Under the pieces are notes generated by a model, which searched no databases, was not told where the DNA came from, and worked only from the letters and a program-made list of their open reading frames with translations. From a virus (lineage: Duplodnaviria; Caudoviricetes), in the IMG/VR virus record IMGVR_UViG_3300020045_006193, positions 1-60,483 of that record: a stretch of DNA of 60,483 bases; one strand, written 5' to 3'. Shown here one piece after another: positions 1 to 8,484 of the stretch (position 1 is the stretch's first letter; each line of letters begins with the position of its first letter). The translations under genes were made by a program, and so were the position numbers.

Positions 1-121
1 GATTATCCCTATATTTCAATAAGTTAGGAATACTTACCTGTATTCTTACTTCTGCCTTACCTATACCCTTACCTATACCCTTACCTATACCCTTACCTAT
101 ACCCTTACCTATACCCTTACC
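1..121. repeat. Terminal overlap, identical to 60363-60483 (circular assembly)
   Basis: Exact 121-bp match between the two ends; an ORF continues in frame across the join. Confidence 0.97.
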
Positions 122-382
122 CTCTTGTAACTCTACCGCTACCAATCCAGCTTCTTCGCATTTTTCCAGCAATTTATTGAATTTGTTGTAATGTATGTTT
201 AAAACATTCGCCCATTTTGCTAAAGAATAAGATAGTGAGCATTTGTCTTCTCCATCCATAGATTCAGCTATAACCTCTAATAGCTTAAAATAAAATCCAT
301 ACCCCTCTAACCCTGCCATTTGCTCAAGATAAGCTATTTTTTCATCGTTTCTAGCAACTGAATAATGCTTGAACCACTTCAT
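1..382 (-). CDS. Replication initiator, N-terminal part (continues at 60362 across the junction; about 325 aa in total)
   Basis: ATG at 382 overlaps the stop of 379..783 (ATGA). Reads MKWFKHYSVARNDEKIAYLEQMAGLEGYGFYFKLLEVIAE...(GKGI)5...IPNLLKYRDNH, in frame with 59767..60381. DUF4373-like N-terminus; lies upstream of loader and DnaB. Confidence 0.8.
   Translation of the reverse strand, partial: MKWFKHYSVARNDEKIAYLEQMAGLEGYGFYFKLLEVIAESMDGEDKCSLSYSLAKWANVLNIHYNKFNKLLEKCEEAGLVAVELQEGKGIGKGIGKGIGKGIGKGIGKAEVRIQVSIPNLLKYRDN
55..121. repeat. 12-bp tandem repeat CCTTACCTATAC x5.6 inside the initiator gene; probable origin iterons
   Basis: Units at 55, 67, 79, 91, 103 and a partial one at 115; encodes GKGI repeats. 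Lambdoid origins lie within the initiator gene. Confidence 0.75.
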
Positions 383-783
383 TTTTTGCACCTTCTAACA
401 GTCGCTTTTCTGACTAACTCGCCATCAATAACCCCTCCATCTTGCCTATACCCAATAAGACCTGCGTCAATAGCAATTAACGAAAAGAAGTACCCGTAAG
501 TAACTAATGGAATCTTACTTTGTAGCGAAAATGCTTTATAAGCACACTCAACCGTGTGGTCGAATCCTATTGTTCCAAAGGCTAATGATCCAATTTCATT
601 TCTCGCTTTTTCATTAAAAACATATCCAGTATTAATAAAAAATAAGTCTGAAATAGCATTCACGGCTTCATCTACATCTAAATCTTCTATTTCTTGAATC
701 CCTAATAACTCATCAATATCACAAGTTATTTCTTTAGGCTCTTCGTTTTGCAAATCAAAGTAAAGCCAACTTAAATCAACCAT
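379..783 (-). CDS. Hypothetical protein, first gene of the replication operon
   Basis: 134-aa ORF, AGGA RBS, ATGA coupling to the initiator. Confidence 0.7.
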   Translation of the reverse strand: MVDLSWLYFDLQNEEPKEITCDIDELLGIQEIEDLDVDEAVNAISDLFFINTGYVFNEKARNEIGSLAFGTIGFDHTVECAYKAFSLQSKIPLVTYGYFFSLIAIDAGLIGYRQDGGVIDGELVRKATVRRCKK

Positions 784-806
784 AAATAATTCCTAAAATT
801 AAGCAT

Positions 807-928
807 AAAAAAACCCGCTCGAATCGCGGTAGGAGGCGCGATAAGGCGGGTTCTTTCAAATAAAACTGATTGTCAGCTTTGAAATTAATCCTCCTACAGA
901 CAATTTCAAAGCCATGCAAAGTATAACA
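807..928 (-). promoter_or_regulatory. Extended -10 promoter plus two-hairpin kissing-loop/terminator leader
   Basis: TGTTATACT at 928-920. Hairpin 912-876 has loop GTAGGAGG; hairpin 852-811 has loop CCTCCTAC and is followed by a T-run. Confidence 0.7.
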
Positions 929-929
929 C

Positions 930-1154
930 CTAACTGCATTTAATCAACTTCTTAGCAGCCTTTAAAATATCGGCTTGCGTAGCAACAGCATTGTCATACG
1001 CGGCGTTTATTTTCCTGATAGTTGACTGCCTAAGGTCGAGACCGTCCCTAGCCTTAACAATCATTTTTCTATCCGTGTCAGCTAAATCAGCTATAGCGTC
1101 TATGCTGTAGCGCATTTTAATCAATACATTTATTTTTTCTTCTAATTTATCCAC
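930..1154 (-). CDS. Small HTH-like protein
   Basis: 74 aa, basic; YSIDAIADLADTDRKMIVKAR resembles an HTH. Confidence 0.5.
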   Translation of the reverse strand: MDKLEEKINVLIKMRYSIDAIADLADTDRKMIVKARDGLDLRQSTIRKINAAYDNAVATQADILKAAKKLIKCS

Positions 1155-1238
1155 TTTTAACCCCTTAAAAATCGTTCTTTACGCGGTTGTTTAGTACAAT
1201 ATACACTCACACAACAAAAACATCAACAGGTAAAAAAT

Positions 1239-1661
1239 ATGCTACCGCATGAAATAATCAAGAAGAAAAGTCAGGTGTTCAGAACCAACTGCCTAGCCCG
1301 TGCGAAAAAGTTAAACATACCCGTTCCTCTAGTCCCCATGCCGCGTGAATTTGCAGAATGGCTGACTAGCCAGCCCATCACGATAAAGAGAAGACGACTA
1401 TACCTGACCTGCTACCTCACTGGCGCGTTAGTGCCGTTGGCTAAAATCGAATTAGATCATCGGCTTCCTATTTCAAGAGGCGGTAGTTTTCAGGTGTACA
1501 ATCTTGGTATTACAGATAGCCGCTTAAACGGCTGCAAAGGGGGTCGCAGTGAGCAGGAATTTAGGCAGTTGCTGGACGTGATTAGCGAATGGGAAGAAGA
1601 AGCCAGAAAATCTTTACTGGCTGATTTACGCGCAGGAAGTTCACGCTTTCGTAAATTTTAG
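1239..1661 (+). CDS. HNH endonuclease
   Basis: CYLTG...ELDHRLPISRGG...NL...N..KG motif. Confidence 0.85.
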   Translation: MLPHEIIKKKSQVFRTNCLARAKKLNIPVPLVPMPREFAEWLTSQPITIKRRRLYLTCYLTGALVPLAKIELDHRLPISRGGSFQVYNLGITDSRLNGCKGGRSEQEFRQLLDVISEWEEEARKSLLADLRAGSSRFRKF

Positions 1662-1666
1662 GAAAT

Positions 1667-1699
1667 AAAAAAACCCGCTCCAACAACTAGCGGGTTTTT
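1667..1699. terminator. Bidirectional intrinsic terminator
   Basis: AAAAAAACCCGCT-loop-AGCGGGTTTTT between convergent genes. Confidence 0.8.
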
Positions 1700-1873
1700 A
1701 TTATCAACTGCTACGATGCCGATAAAGCGGCGTATGGTCTTCTCCGTCATCTTTCGGCTTTTCTTTATAAAGCACCGCTACCCCGTCCAGTTCTTTTTTA
1801 GCCGCCTTTTCAGTTATCAAGGCTTCTTTGTTTAGCCTGTCGGTTCGTTGTTTGTTCGTTTCTATTTTCATAA

Positions 1874-2125
1874 TTAATCCCCTACCACAAAATCATACCG
1901 ACCAGAAAAACGCTTGCAGACCCTAACCTCGTCAGCCAAAAACTCGCAATTAGAATACAGCGAATCACCGCCTAACTGCTCACGATAAAACAGGGCATTC
2001 TGCTGAACAGAAACGCCTTGCTTGATTTGCTTATCCCACTCTGAACAATCACCGCCGCCGCCATCTACAGGACAGGGCGTGAAGTGTTGGCAGGTGAAAC
2101 AGGTTACTTTGATTGAATTGGTCAT
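1874..2125 (-). CDS. Small Cys-rich hypothetical protein
   Basis: CxxCxxF...C pattern; in a chain of overlapping minus-strand ORFs. Confidence 0.6.
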   Translation of the reverse strand: MTNSIKVTCFTCQHFTPCPVDGGGGDCSEWDKQIKQGVSVQQNALFYREQLGGDSLYSNCEFLADEVRVCKRFSGRYDFVVGD

Positions 2126-2225
2126 ACCGAACCATCACTAATCAAGCACGACCAACTCCAGTCGTCATGCTTGTACGAAAAAATGCAATCATGATACTTA
2201 GTCGAAACGATTACTTTTTCAGTTT

Positions 2226-2432
2226 TCATAAAACACTTCGTCTAACTTGCAGGGCATGAGCCGAAAACAAATTAACTCTACCCGTTTCGCGCATTGTCAT
2301 TTTAGATAGCTCAATGCCCATTTCTAGCCTTACGACGTGCTTTAAGACCTTGACTACCTTTATCCATTTTCTATCCGACGAAAATGCACATAGCACCTCG
2401 TCACCGACTTTTACATCATCAAGTAAGTTCAT
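2226..2432 (-). CDS. Hypothetical protein
   Basis: ATGA-coupled to the upstream gene. Confidence 0.6.
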   Translation of the reverse strand: MNLLDDVKVGDEVLCAFSSDRKWIKVVKVLKHVVRLEMGIELSKMTMRETGRVNLFSAHALQVRRSVL

Positions 2433-2653
2433 AAATCACCCCTGAATGAAAACTCATCCACATCCCACCCCTTAGCTTGTGCAGCCTCGACAAGCGTGGC
2501 TCGGTATTTCGATGGTACGTTATTATTGCGCCATGCCCTACAAGTTGTTTTTTTTAAATTAACAACTTTTCCCATGTTTTCCCACGTTTCAAAAATAAAA
2601 TATGCTAACGCCTTGCCCCTTGTTAATATCGGCGGCTTCTTTAGTTCTGTCAT
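2429..2653 (-). CDS. Cro-like HTH regulator (start revised to MTELKKPP)
   Basis: AAGGAAA RBS before ATG 2653; first gene of the leftward unit; TCRAWRNNNVPSKY resembles Cro/YdaS-type W..xxVP. Confidence 0.55.
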   Translation of the reverse strand: MTELKKPPILTRGKALAYFIFETWENMGKVVNLKKTTCRAWRNNNVPSKYRATLVEAAQAKGWDVDEFSFRGDL

Positions 2654-2701
2654 TGCTTTTCCTTTTTTATAAATAAAGGTATATGATACATTAAAACGAA
2701 A

Positions 2702-2734
2702 AAAATAAAAACAAAATAAAAACAAAATAAAAAC
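2702..2734. repeat. AAAATAAAAAC x3 (11-bp phased A-tracts)
   Basis: Exact units at 2702, 2713, 2724, abutting a -35 box. Confidence 0.9.
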
Positions 2735-2762
2735 TTTACAAGTCTAAAAAAAGGCGTATATT
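2735..2762 (+). promoter_or_regulatory. Probable sigma70 early promoter
   Basis: TTTACA-16 bp-TATATT upstream of the rightward early operon. Confidence 0.6.
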
Positions 2763-2855
2763 ACTTAGCCAAGGAAGCAAGAAAAACACGGATAACGCAC
2801 AAAACGTGCAAAGCTAAGTGGGCGGCTGAAATGCCTGCAATAACTGGAGAGTGTC

Positions 2856-3902
2856 ATGAGTAAATTTATTGTGGTGAATGTTCGTAACAGTGTTGTATCT
2901 AGCACACATAGCACGCAAATTTTAGCCGAAAAGGCGGCTATAAAGCTTCATGGTTGCGGTCGCATCATCGAAACATCGAAATCAGTTGTTAAAAAAGGCG
3001 ATTTGTGGATGGATTTAGATGGTCATGTTGCGCAAATGGAAGCAGAACAAGAGCTGGCTGAATGTGATGAAGCGGCAAGTCACAATCTCATGGCATACGG
3101 CACTGTTGATTGCTGTTACCCAGAGCCTGTTTCTAGTGACTCGCTGGAGAGTGTCATGATCGAATTGCTAAATGCAAAAGCGAGAAATGAAGGCAAAAAA
3201 GTTTTTGCAGATTTTGATGTCTCTGGTGTTTTTAATAGCGGCGTTAGGCAGTCTGCCACGGTCGGGTATTCAATATGCGACGGCGTACTAAACGCCAATG
3301 AAACATGGTCATTTCGCGTCAAAGAAGACTATCATCATCCGCACGCAACGTATCAAGGGCGTGGTATCGATAATCTTATTTTGCAAATAAACGAAAGAAC
3401 ACAAAAACCAAGCACTGTTCATTTTTACATCACAGTAAATGAAACAGCGATTAAAACCATGAATTATTTATCAGTGGCTGAAAAAGAGACTGATATACAG
3501 CAACAATCCGTAACATACATCGCAAAACCCAGCGACAACCGTTGCTCTTGGTGGTGCGTACAAGTGCCTGAAAACCAAGAGCTAGATGGCAAAAGAATCA
3601 ATGCGCCATATCTGCGAAATGGCGAAGATTTGGAGCTAAGAATCGGTGATATGCTAATTGACAGCGAAGCGTTTCATCACAGAAAACAACGCGGTTTTGA
3701 TGTGGTTTTAAAGGCATTTGATAGCGAAAAACCACAATTACTACACGCAACAGCGACACGCAAGGCATTTATCAAAGCCCATGGCGGACAGGATTTGATG
3801 CGCGAAAGCGGCGACGTGAACGGGTGCATCAGGATGGCAGTGTGGTTGCGTAGACAGCCAGATTTTAAGAACGCAGTTGCTCAATTGCTAGAGTGCCGTT
3901 AA
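2856..3902 (+). CDS. First early protein, apparently multi-module, with an in-frame internal start at 3156
   Basis: 348-aa ORF; CTGGAGAGTGTCATGA precedes both ATG 2856 and ATG 3156. Confidence 0.7.
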   Translation: MSKFIVVNVRNSVVSSTHSTQILAEKAAIKLHGCGRIIETSKSVVKKGDLWMDLDGHVAQMEAEQELAECDEAASHNLMAYGTVDCCYPEPVSSDSLESVMIELLNAKARNEGKKVFADFDVSGVFNSGVRQSATVGYSICDGVLNANETWSFRVKEDYHHPHATYQGRGIDNLILQINERTQKPSTVHFYITVNETAIKTMNYLSVAEKETDIQQQSVTYIAKPSDNRCSWWCVQVPENQELDGKRINAPYLRNGEDLELRIGDMLIDSEAFHHRKQRGFDVVLKAFDSEKPQLLHATATRKAFIKAHGGQDLMRESGDVNGCIRMAVWLRRQPDFKNAVAQLLECR

Positions 3903-3937
3903 TTTAAAAATTCAGCGGATGCGCCGCTGCTTACCTA

Positions 3938-3964
3938 GCCCACTGGCAACGGTGGGCGTTTTTT
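3938..3964 (+). terminator. Intrinsic terminator with GCAA tetraloop
   Basis: GCCCACTG-GCAA-CGGTGGGC-GTTTTTT. Confidence 0.7.
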
Positions 3965-3982
3965 AAAAACTGGAGAATTGTT

Positions 3983-4237
3983 ATGATGCTAGGCAATCTG
4001 TCAATTAATGAAATCGAAAAAAGAATGGGCGTAGTAATGCCCGATGATACAAAAGAGTTCATGGCGAAGTCGCACCAATCCCGCGCAGAGAATATAAGTG
4101 CTGGTAAATGGCACTGTTTTGATATTCCCTTTGTGCTGCTGTGCGGAGACGTGGAAACGGCGCAAAATATTTATGACGGAATAAAGCACCTTAGCAGTGA
4201 CATTAAGTGTCAGTTGCAAATTTCAATACAAGGTTGA
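3983..4237 (+). CDS. Hypothetical protein
   Basis: CTGGAGA RBS; 84 aa. Confidence 0.7.
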   Translation: MMLGNLSINEIEKRMGVVMPDDTKEFMAKSHQSRAENISAGKWHCFDIPFVLLCGDVETAQNIYDGIKHLSSDIKCQLQISIQG

Positions 4238-4475
4238 TGGTATTTTTACAAACTGGAGCAGGTCATGAAAAACCAAAGAAAACAAAACCGCCTAAGCTGT
4301 CATGAGGCGATAAAATCAGGTCTTAGTTTTTGGCTGAGTCATTTAATGAACTGCGGTCAATGGGGTCGGATGTCATGAAAGCACTAATCAAAGCAATTAA
4401 AGAAATGTTAGAATTCGATTTGCACCTTTGCGCAATTGAATCGGTGTCGCCGTTTTATCATCGTGGGACGCACAA

Positions 4476-4673
4476 ATGAAACAAATAATTATCCATCCTT
4501 GCAAAAATCAAGCACAAATTATTGATATTGCAAAAAACTATGTGAGCGACACACCGCTATTAAAATGTAAATCAATCGGCTATCACGGTTTAATTGCAAT
4601 CATGAAAGATAGTAAATTTGTTGGCACTGTATCTGAGTCAACAAAATCAATTATTTTCAAAGGTGTCGAATGA
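4476..4673 (+). CDS. Hypothetical protein
   Basis: 65-aa ORF within the early run of small ORFs. Confidence 0.5.
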   Translation: MKQIIIHPCKNQAQIIDIAKNYVSDTPLLKCKSIGYHGLIAIMKDSKFVGTVSESTKSIIFKGVE

Positions 4674-4973
4674 AAACACCAGCCCAAATCGCGGCAGATA
4701 AACGCCACAAAGCATTATCACTGCCAACAAACCGTAAACCGCCCACGCAGGTGCAAAAGACTTTTATCATCGCGCCGCGTGAAGACCAAATGATTGATTG
4801 GAGAAAAAGAACATGAAGAGCAATAAAGTGGGGCAAGATTTTAACTGCACGGGCATTAAATACCCGATGGCAATCGACAGCAAGCCATACCCGCGCTGGA
4901 CACCAGTTGCTTTTTGGGTGTCGGTCTCTGCGGTTATTGCCGTGTCAGTTTTTGGATTTATTAATTTTTAGGA

Positions 4974-5159
4974 GTGAACATGATGCTATTTATCGTAATG
5001 GTAGCAATCCGCTACCCAGCAGGCGTAACGTACAACTACGAAGGAAAAGTATTTGCCGCCAGCCGCCGAGAAGCGATTCGCAAAATGATTGATTTTGAAA
5101 TGATAACGCCAACGATGATTTGCGAATCACAGGCAGTAGAAATTGAAGTCGGGGCGTGA
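4974..5159 (+). CDS. Hypothetical protein
   Basis: AGGAG RBS (start probably ATG 4980). Confidence 0.5.
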   Translation: MNMMLFIVMVAIRYPAGVTYNYEGKVFAASRREAIRKMIDFEMITPTMICESQAVEIEVGA

Positions 5160-5260
5160 TGTACTGCGATCAAGCGAGCTATGACGGCGCAAACCCGTAT
5201 GACGACGAGCCAGAGCCGCAAGACTCTGAAAATGATGATTTTAACGAAGAGGAATAAGAT

Positions 5261-6301
5261 ATGAATGCAATAACGGTACAAGAAAATTTTAACGGAAACA
5301 GTCAGCAAATTGCAACTGTTGAAACCGCATCATCAGCGTTAGCCGCGCAGTCAAAAGCGATGGTAGAGTCTCGCTATGTCATGGCAATGCGTAATCCGCG
5401 TGATATGGATCAAGTGAGACTGGATTTAATGAAAGAGTGCAAACGCCCTTATTTCGCCCAGTCCGCTTATTACGTTAAACCCATTGGCAAGGGTGTCGAA
5501 GGCTTGAGTATTAGATTTGTTGAGGCGGCGTTACGTTGCATGAAGAACGTACTGATTGAGTCCAGTATGATTTTTGAGGACGCAGACAAAGAAATTCACC
5601 GCGTATCAGTCACCGATTTGGAAACGAACGTGACATACCCGATGGACGTAAAAATGACGAAAACCGTTGAGCGGGCAAAGCCTCTCGATGACGGGAGCTA
5701 TGTATCGGTGCGAAAAAACAGCTATGGGAAATTAACGTATACTATTGTTGGTAGTGATGATGACTTACTTAATAAGCGTGGCGCATTGATTTCTAAAGCC
5801 GTTCGTACACTTGGATTAAGAATTATACCCGGTGACCTGTGTGACGAAGCCGAAGAAATTATTAAGAAAATGCGTCTTTCTGGTGCGAAAAACGACCCTG
5901 ACGCAGAGCGTAAGAAAATTATCGACGCTTTCTCTGGCATCGGTGTTTCTGCCAAAAATCTTGCTGATTATCTTGGTCATGCAATCGCCCAATGCTCACC
6001 TGAGCAGATTGTTAATTTACGCGGATTGTATGCGGCAGTAAAAGACGGCGAGGCGACGTGGAAAGAAATTGTTGATAGTAAAAAGCTATCGGAATCTGGG
6101 CAAGATGACGCGCCGACTGCGCCAGTTACACAAAAACCTGCTGATAAATTCACCGAAGCATTCGCGTCATGCGCAGATTTTGACGCGCTGGACGAAAAGC
6201 TAAACGAACTAACGGCGGCTAACTCTGCTATGAATAAGCCTAAAATTACTGCCGCTTATAATGCAAAATTAGCTGAACTAGAAAAAGAAATGGGTGTATA
6301 A
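5261..6301 (+). CDS. Conserved phage protein, probable ssDNA-annealing/recombination protein
   Basis: 346 aa, GAGGA RBS, PRD...Y..P.G..VEGLSIRF motif; directly upstream of a YqaJ exonuclease, the usual position of an annealing protein. Function inferred from context. Confidence 0.5.
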   Translation: MNAITVQENFNGNSQQIATVETASSALAAQSKAMVESRYVMAMRNPRDMDQVRLDLMKECKRPYFAQSAYYVKPIGKGVEGLSIRFVEAALRCMKNVLIESSMIFEDADKEIHRVSVTDLETNVTYPMDVKMTKTVERAKPLDDGSYVSVRKNSYGKLTYTIVGSDDDLLNKRGALISKAVRTLGLRIIPGDLCDEAEEIIKKMRLSGAKNDPDAERKKIIDAFSGIGVSAKNLADYLGHAIAQCSPEQIVNLRGLYAAVKDGEATWKEIVDSKKLSESGQDDAPTAPVTQKPADKFTEAFASCADFDALDEKLNELTAANSAMNKPKITAAYNAKLAELEKEMGV

Positions 6302-6311
6302 TTAATTCAGT

Positions 6312-6406
6312 TTTTGAGTGAATCGCTGGCACGGTCTAATCAAAAGCCTATGTTTTACGTTGAAGCCGCCTCTGTTGATATGCCAGTATCAATACGCGGC
6401 TTCTTT
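6312..6406 (+). promoter_or_regulatory. Two-hairpin kissing-loop/attenuator leader
   Basis: Hairpin 6312-6345 with loop CTGGCA; hairpin 6362-6403 with loop TGCCAG, then TTT. Confidence 0.6.
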
Positions 6407-6420
6407 GTGGGAAAAATAAA

Positions 6421-8442
6421 ATGTCAGACAATATAAATCAAGCTCACCGCCTAACAATAGGCGCGAGTCAAGTGTCAAAAATCATGTCGTATCTACAACA
6501 CGACAACCTACCAAAGGGCGCGGTCTCCCTGATTTCCACCATGTGTCGCGGCACAGACGAAGACCTTGAAAACGCTTACGAACTAAATACCCCTGCGGTG
6601 CTTTGGGGTCGTGACCACGAAGTTGAAGCTGTTGATTTAACCGCTATAACTTTTCAAGCCGAAATGCAATTTTTTGGTGACGCTCAAAAACGATTCTACG
6701 CGGGTGCTGAATACGCCGACTTCATCAGCGCGTTGCCCGACGCTATCATGCAATTTAACGACGGCTCGATTATTACTGTAGAGGTCAAATGCCTCGACAC
6801 TCATAATCACGACTACATTATTGCCGCCGTTGGTGATAGCGCGGAGGCATTAAAACGCGAGGATTGGGCTAAATACTGCCAAGTTCACACGCAAAACATT
6901 TGCGCTGAGTCGTACTATAAGAAGCCCGTATCATCGATTATTGTGTTTTATGATCCACGGTCAACTGCAATAAAACTGCATTACGTTATCGTGATTGATG
7001 CCGATGACCCGGCAACCATTGACCACGAGTTCAGAGAAAAACTCCAGCAACGGGCAAAACTGGCGCGTAACCTTTACGACTCCATTAAAGCCGAACCTGA
7101 CCGCGCCGCATTGATTTATGACGGTGTAATGCCAGAAACGAAGCTTGTTCAAGCATCAACAGAAATTGTAACCGCTGAATTGCTTGAATTAGGTCTTGAT
7201 GCAGTTGTTTCTACAGTTGCTGAAAGTTTTGGAATTAAAGTGGTAAACGGCGCGTTGGTCGGCGGGGAGGTGTTCGACTGCCAGACATTAGAAGGACGCG
7301 ACCTAGCCAAGGCTTTTAAAAACAAGGTCACAAAAATACGCACATCGGCTGAAAAACTTGTTGACCCATTTTATCGTGAGCGATACGAAAAATATCAATC
7401 GGCAATGAAAATAAAGCAGGGTATCACGAAAGGCATTAATGCTATCCGTGACCACGGTCTGCAAACTTTTAACGAATGGGAAGCTGAACAAAAGCGCATT
7501 CAAGATGAAATTTTAGCCGCCGAAGCTGAAAAAAAGCGATTAGCAGATGAAAAAGCTGAACAGGTACGTCAGGCTATTTTAGCGAAAATCGAGACTTTTA
7601 CGGTATCACCGCAAGATGTATCGAGCCTTGAGTTAATTGCGGCAAAGCGGTTGCAGGTTGAAAGCGTAGTTATTGATGTGATGTTTGGGGAGTTTGAACA
7701 GCAAGCCAGTTACGACAAAGAAAGCGCATTAGCTTCACTGGAAGCTGCCGAAGCTGGTTTAAAACAAGCCATCGCCGAAGCAGAAAAACAGGCGCGTTCA
7801 GATGCGTTTAACGTATTTAAAGCCAAGTGTGCGGCGTTAAGTGACCCGACACACAGCTTTGAGTATTTGCAATCACAGTTAGCCAAGCTTACAGTGGCTA
7901 CTCTGCCAGATGATGAGTATCTTGTTGCCGCTAGTGACCTTAGAATTGATGTTATTGCCATGCTTAACGGCTCATTAATTCCAGCGGCAAAACAAAGGGC
8001 CATTGATTTAGCCGAAAAGTTGAAAGCCGAAGCCGCAGAATTAGCGGCAAAGGAAGTCAAAGATTCTGCGGTTTTAGTTGTCAATGACTCGCCTGTGTTT
8101 ATTGATGCAAGTGTTAATTTAACGCCTGAAAAAATAGAGGAAGTTAAAGTTTTTCTTGCTTCTTGTGATGATGAAACCCCTCTTGTGCCAGCGATTAATC
8201 TGCCCGATGCACCTGAAATTATCGAAAGAATAGAGCGCGAAAACTCGATAGAGCATGACATTATCGCAATGTACGCCGCGCTAAATCCAGTCCTTCACGC
8301 AAAAGTTGTCGAAGCCGCTGGCAAAGTCATGGAGTTTCAAAATACCCCGCAAAACAGCCGTTCGAGTTTTTTGCATAACTTGTTTGATGCTGACAAGCAG
8401 GGCAAGGCACTAAGGGCCGCGTTTTGCTTAATAATTAAATAA
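6421..8442 (+). CDS. YqaJ/lambda-type exonuclease fused to a long coiled-coil region
   Basis: IGAS, WG..HE, SALPDA, VEVKC and YCQVHTQ motifs in the first ~200 aa; Ala/Glu/Lys-rich helical remainder. Confidence 0.8.
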   Translation: MSDNINQAHRLTIGASQVSKIMSYLQHDNLPKGAVSLISTMCRGTDEDLENAYELNTPAVLWGRDHEVEAVDLTAITFQAEMQFFGDAQKRFYAGAEYADFISALPDAIMQFNDGSIITVEVKCLDTHNHDYIIAAVGDSAEALKREDWAKYCQVHTQNICAESYYKKPVSSIIVFYDPRSTAIKLHYVIVIDADDPATIDHEFREKLQQRAKLARNLYDSIKAEPDRAALIYDGVMPETKLVQASTEIVTAELLELGLDAVVSTVAESFGIKVVNGALVGGEVFDCQTLEGRDLAKAFKNKVTKIRTSAEKLVDPFYRERYEKYQSAMKIKQGITKGINAIRDHGLQTFNEWEAEQKRIQDEILAAEAEKKRLADEKAEQVRQAILAKIETFTVSPQDVSSLELIAAKRLQVESVVIDVMFGEFEQQASYDKESALASLEAAEAGLKQAIAEAEKQARSDAFNVFKAKCAALSDPTHSFEYLQSQLAKLTVATLPDDEYLVAASDLRIDVIAMLNGSLIPAAKQRAIDLAEKLKAEAAELAAKEVKDSAVLVVNDSPVFIDASVNLTPEKIEEVKVFLASCDDETPLVPAINLPDAPEIIERIERENSIEHDIIAMYAALNPVLHAKVVEAAGKVMEFQNTPQNSRSSFLHNLFDADKQGKALRAAFCLIIK

Positions 8443-8484
8443 TCAATCAGCCCCGTAGACGCGGGACGTAACTTGGAAAATATC

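Noticed and set aside
55-121. 12-bp repeats as a CRISPR array
   Set aside because: The units are contiguous with no spacers, lie in frame within a gene, and there are no cas genes.
2654-2725. N-terminal extension MFLFCFYFFRF of ORF 2429-2725
   Set aside because: It is a translation of the A-tract repeats; a good RBS precedes ATG 2653.
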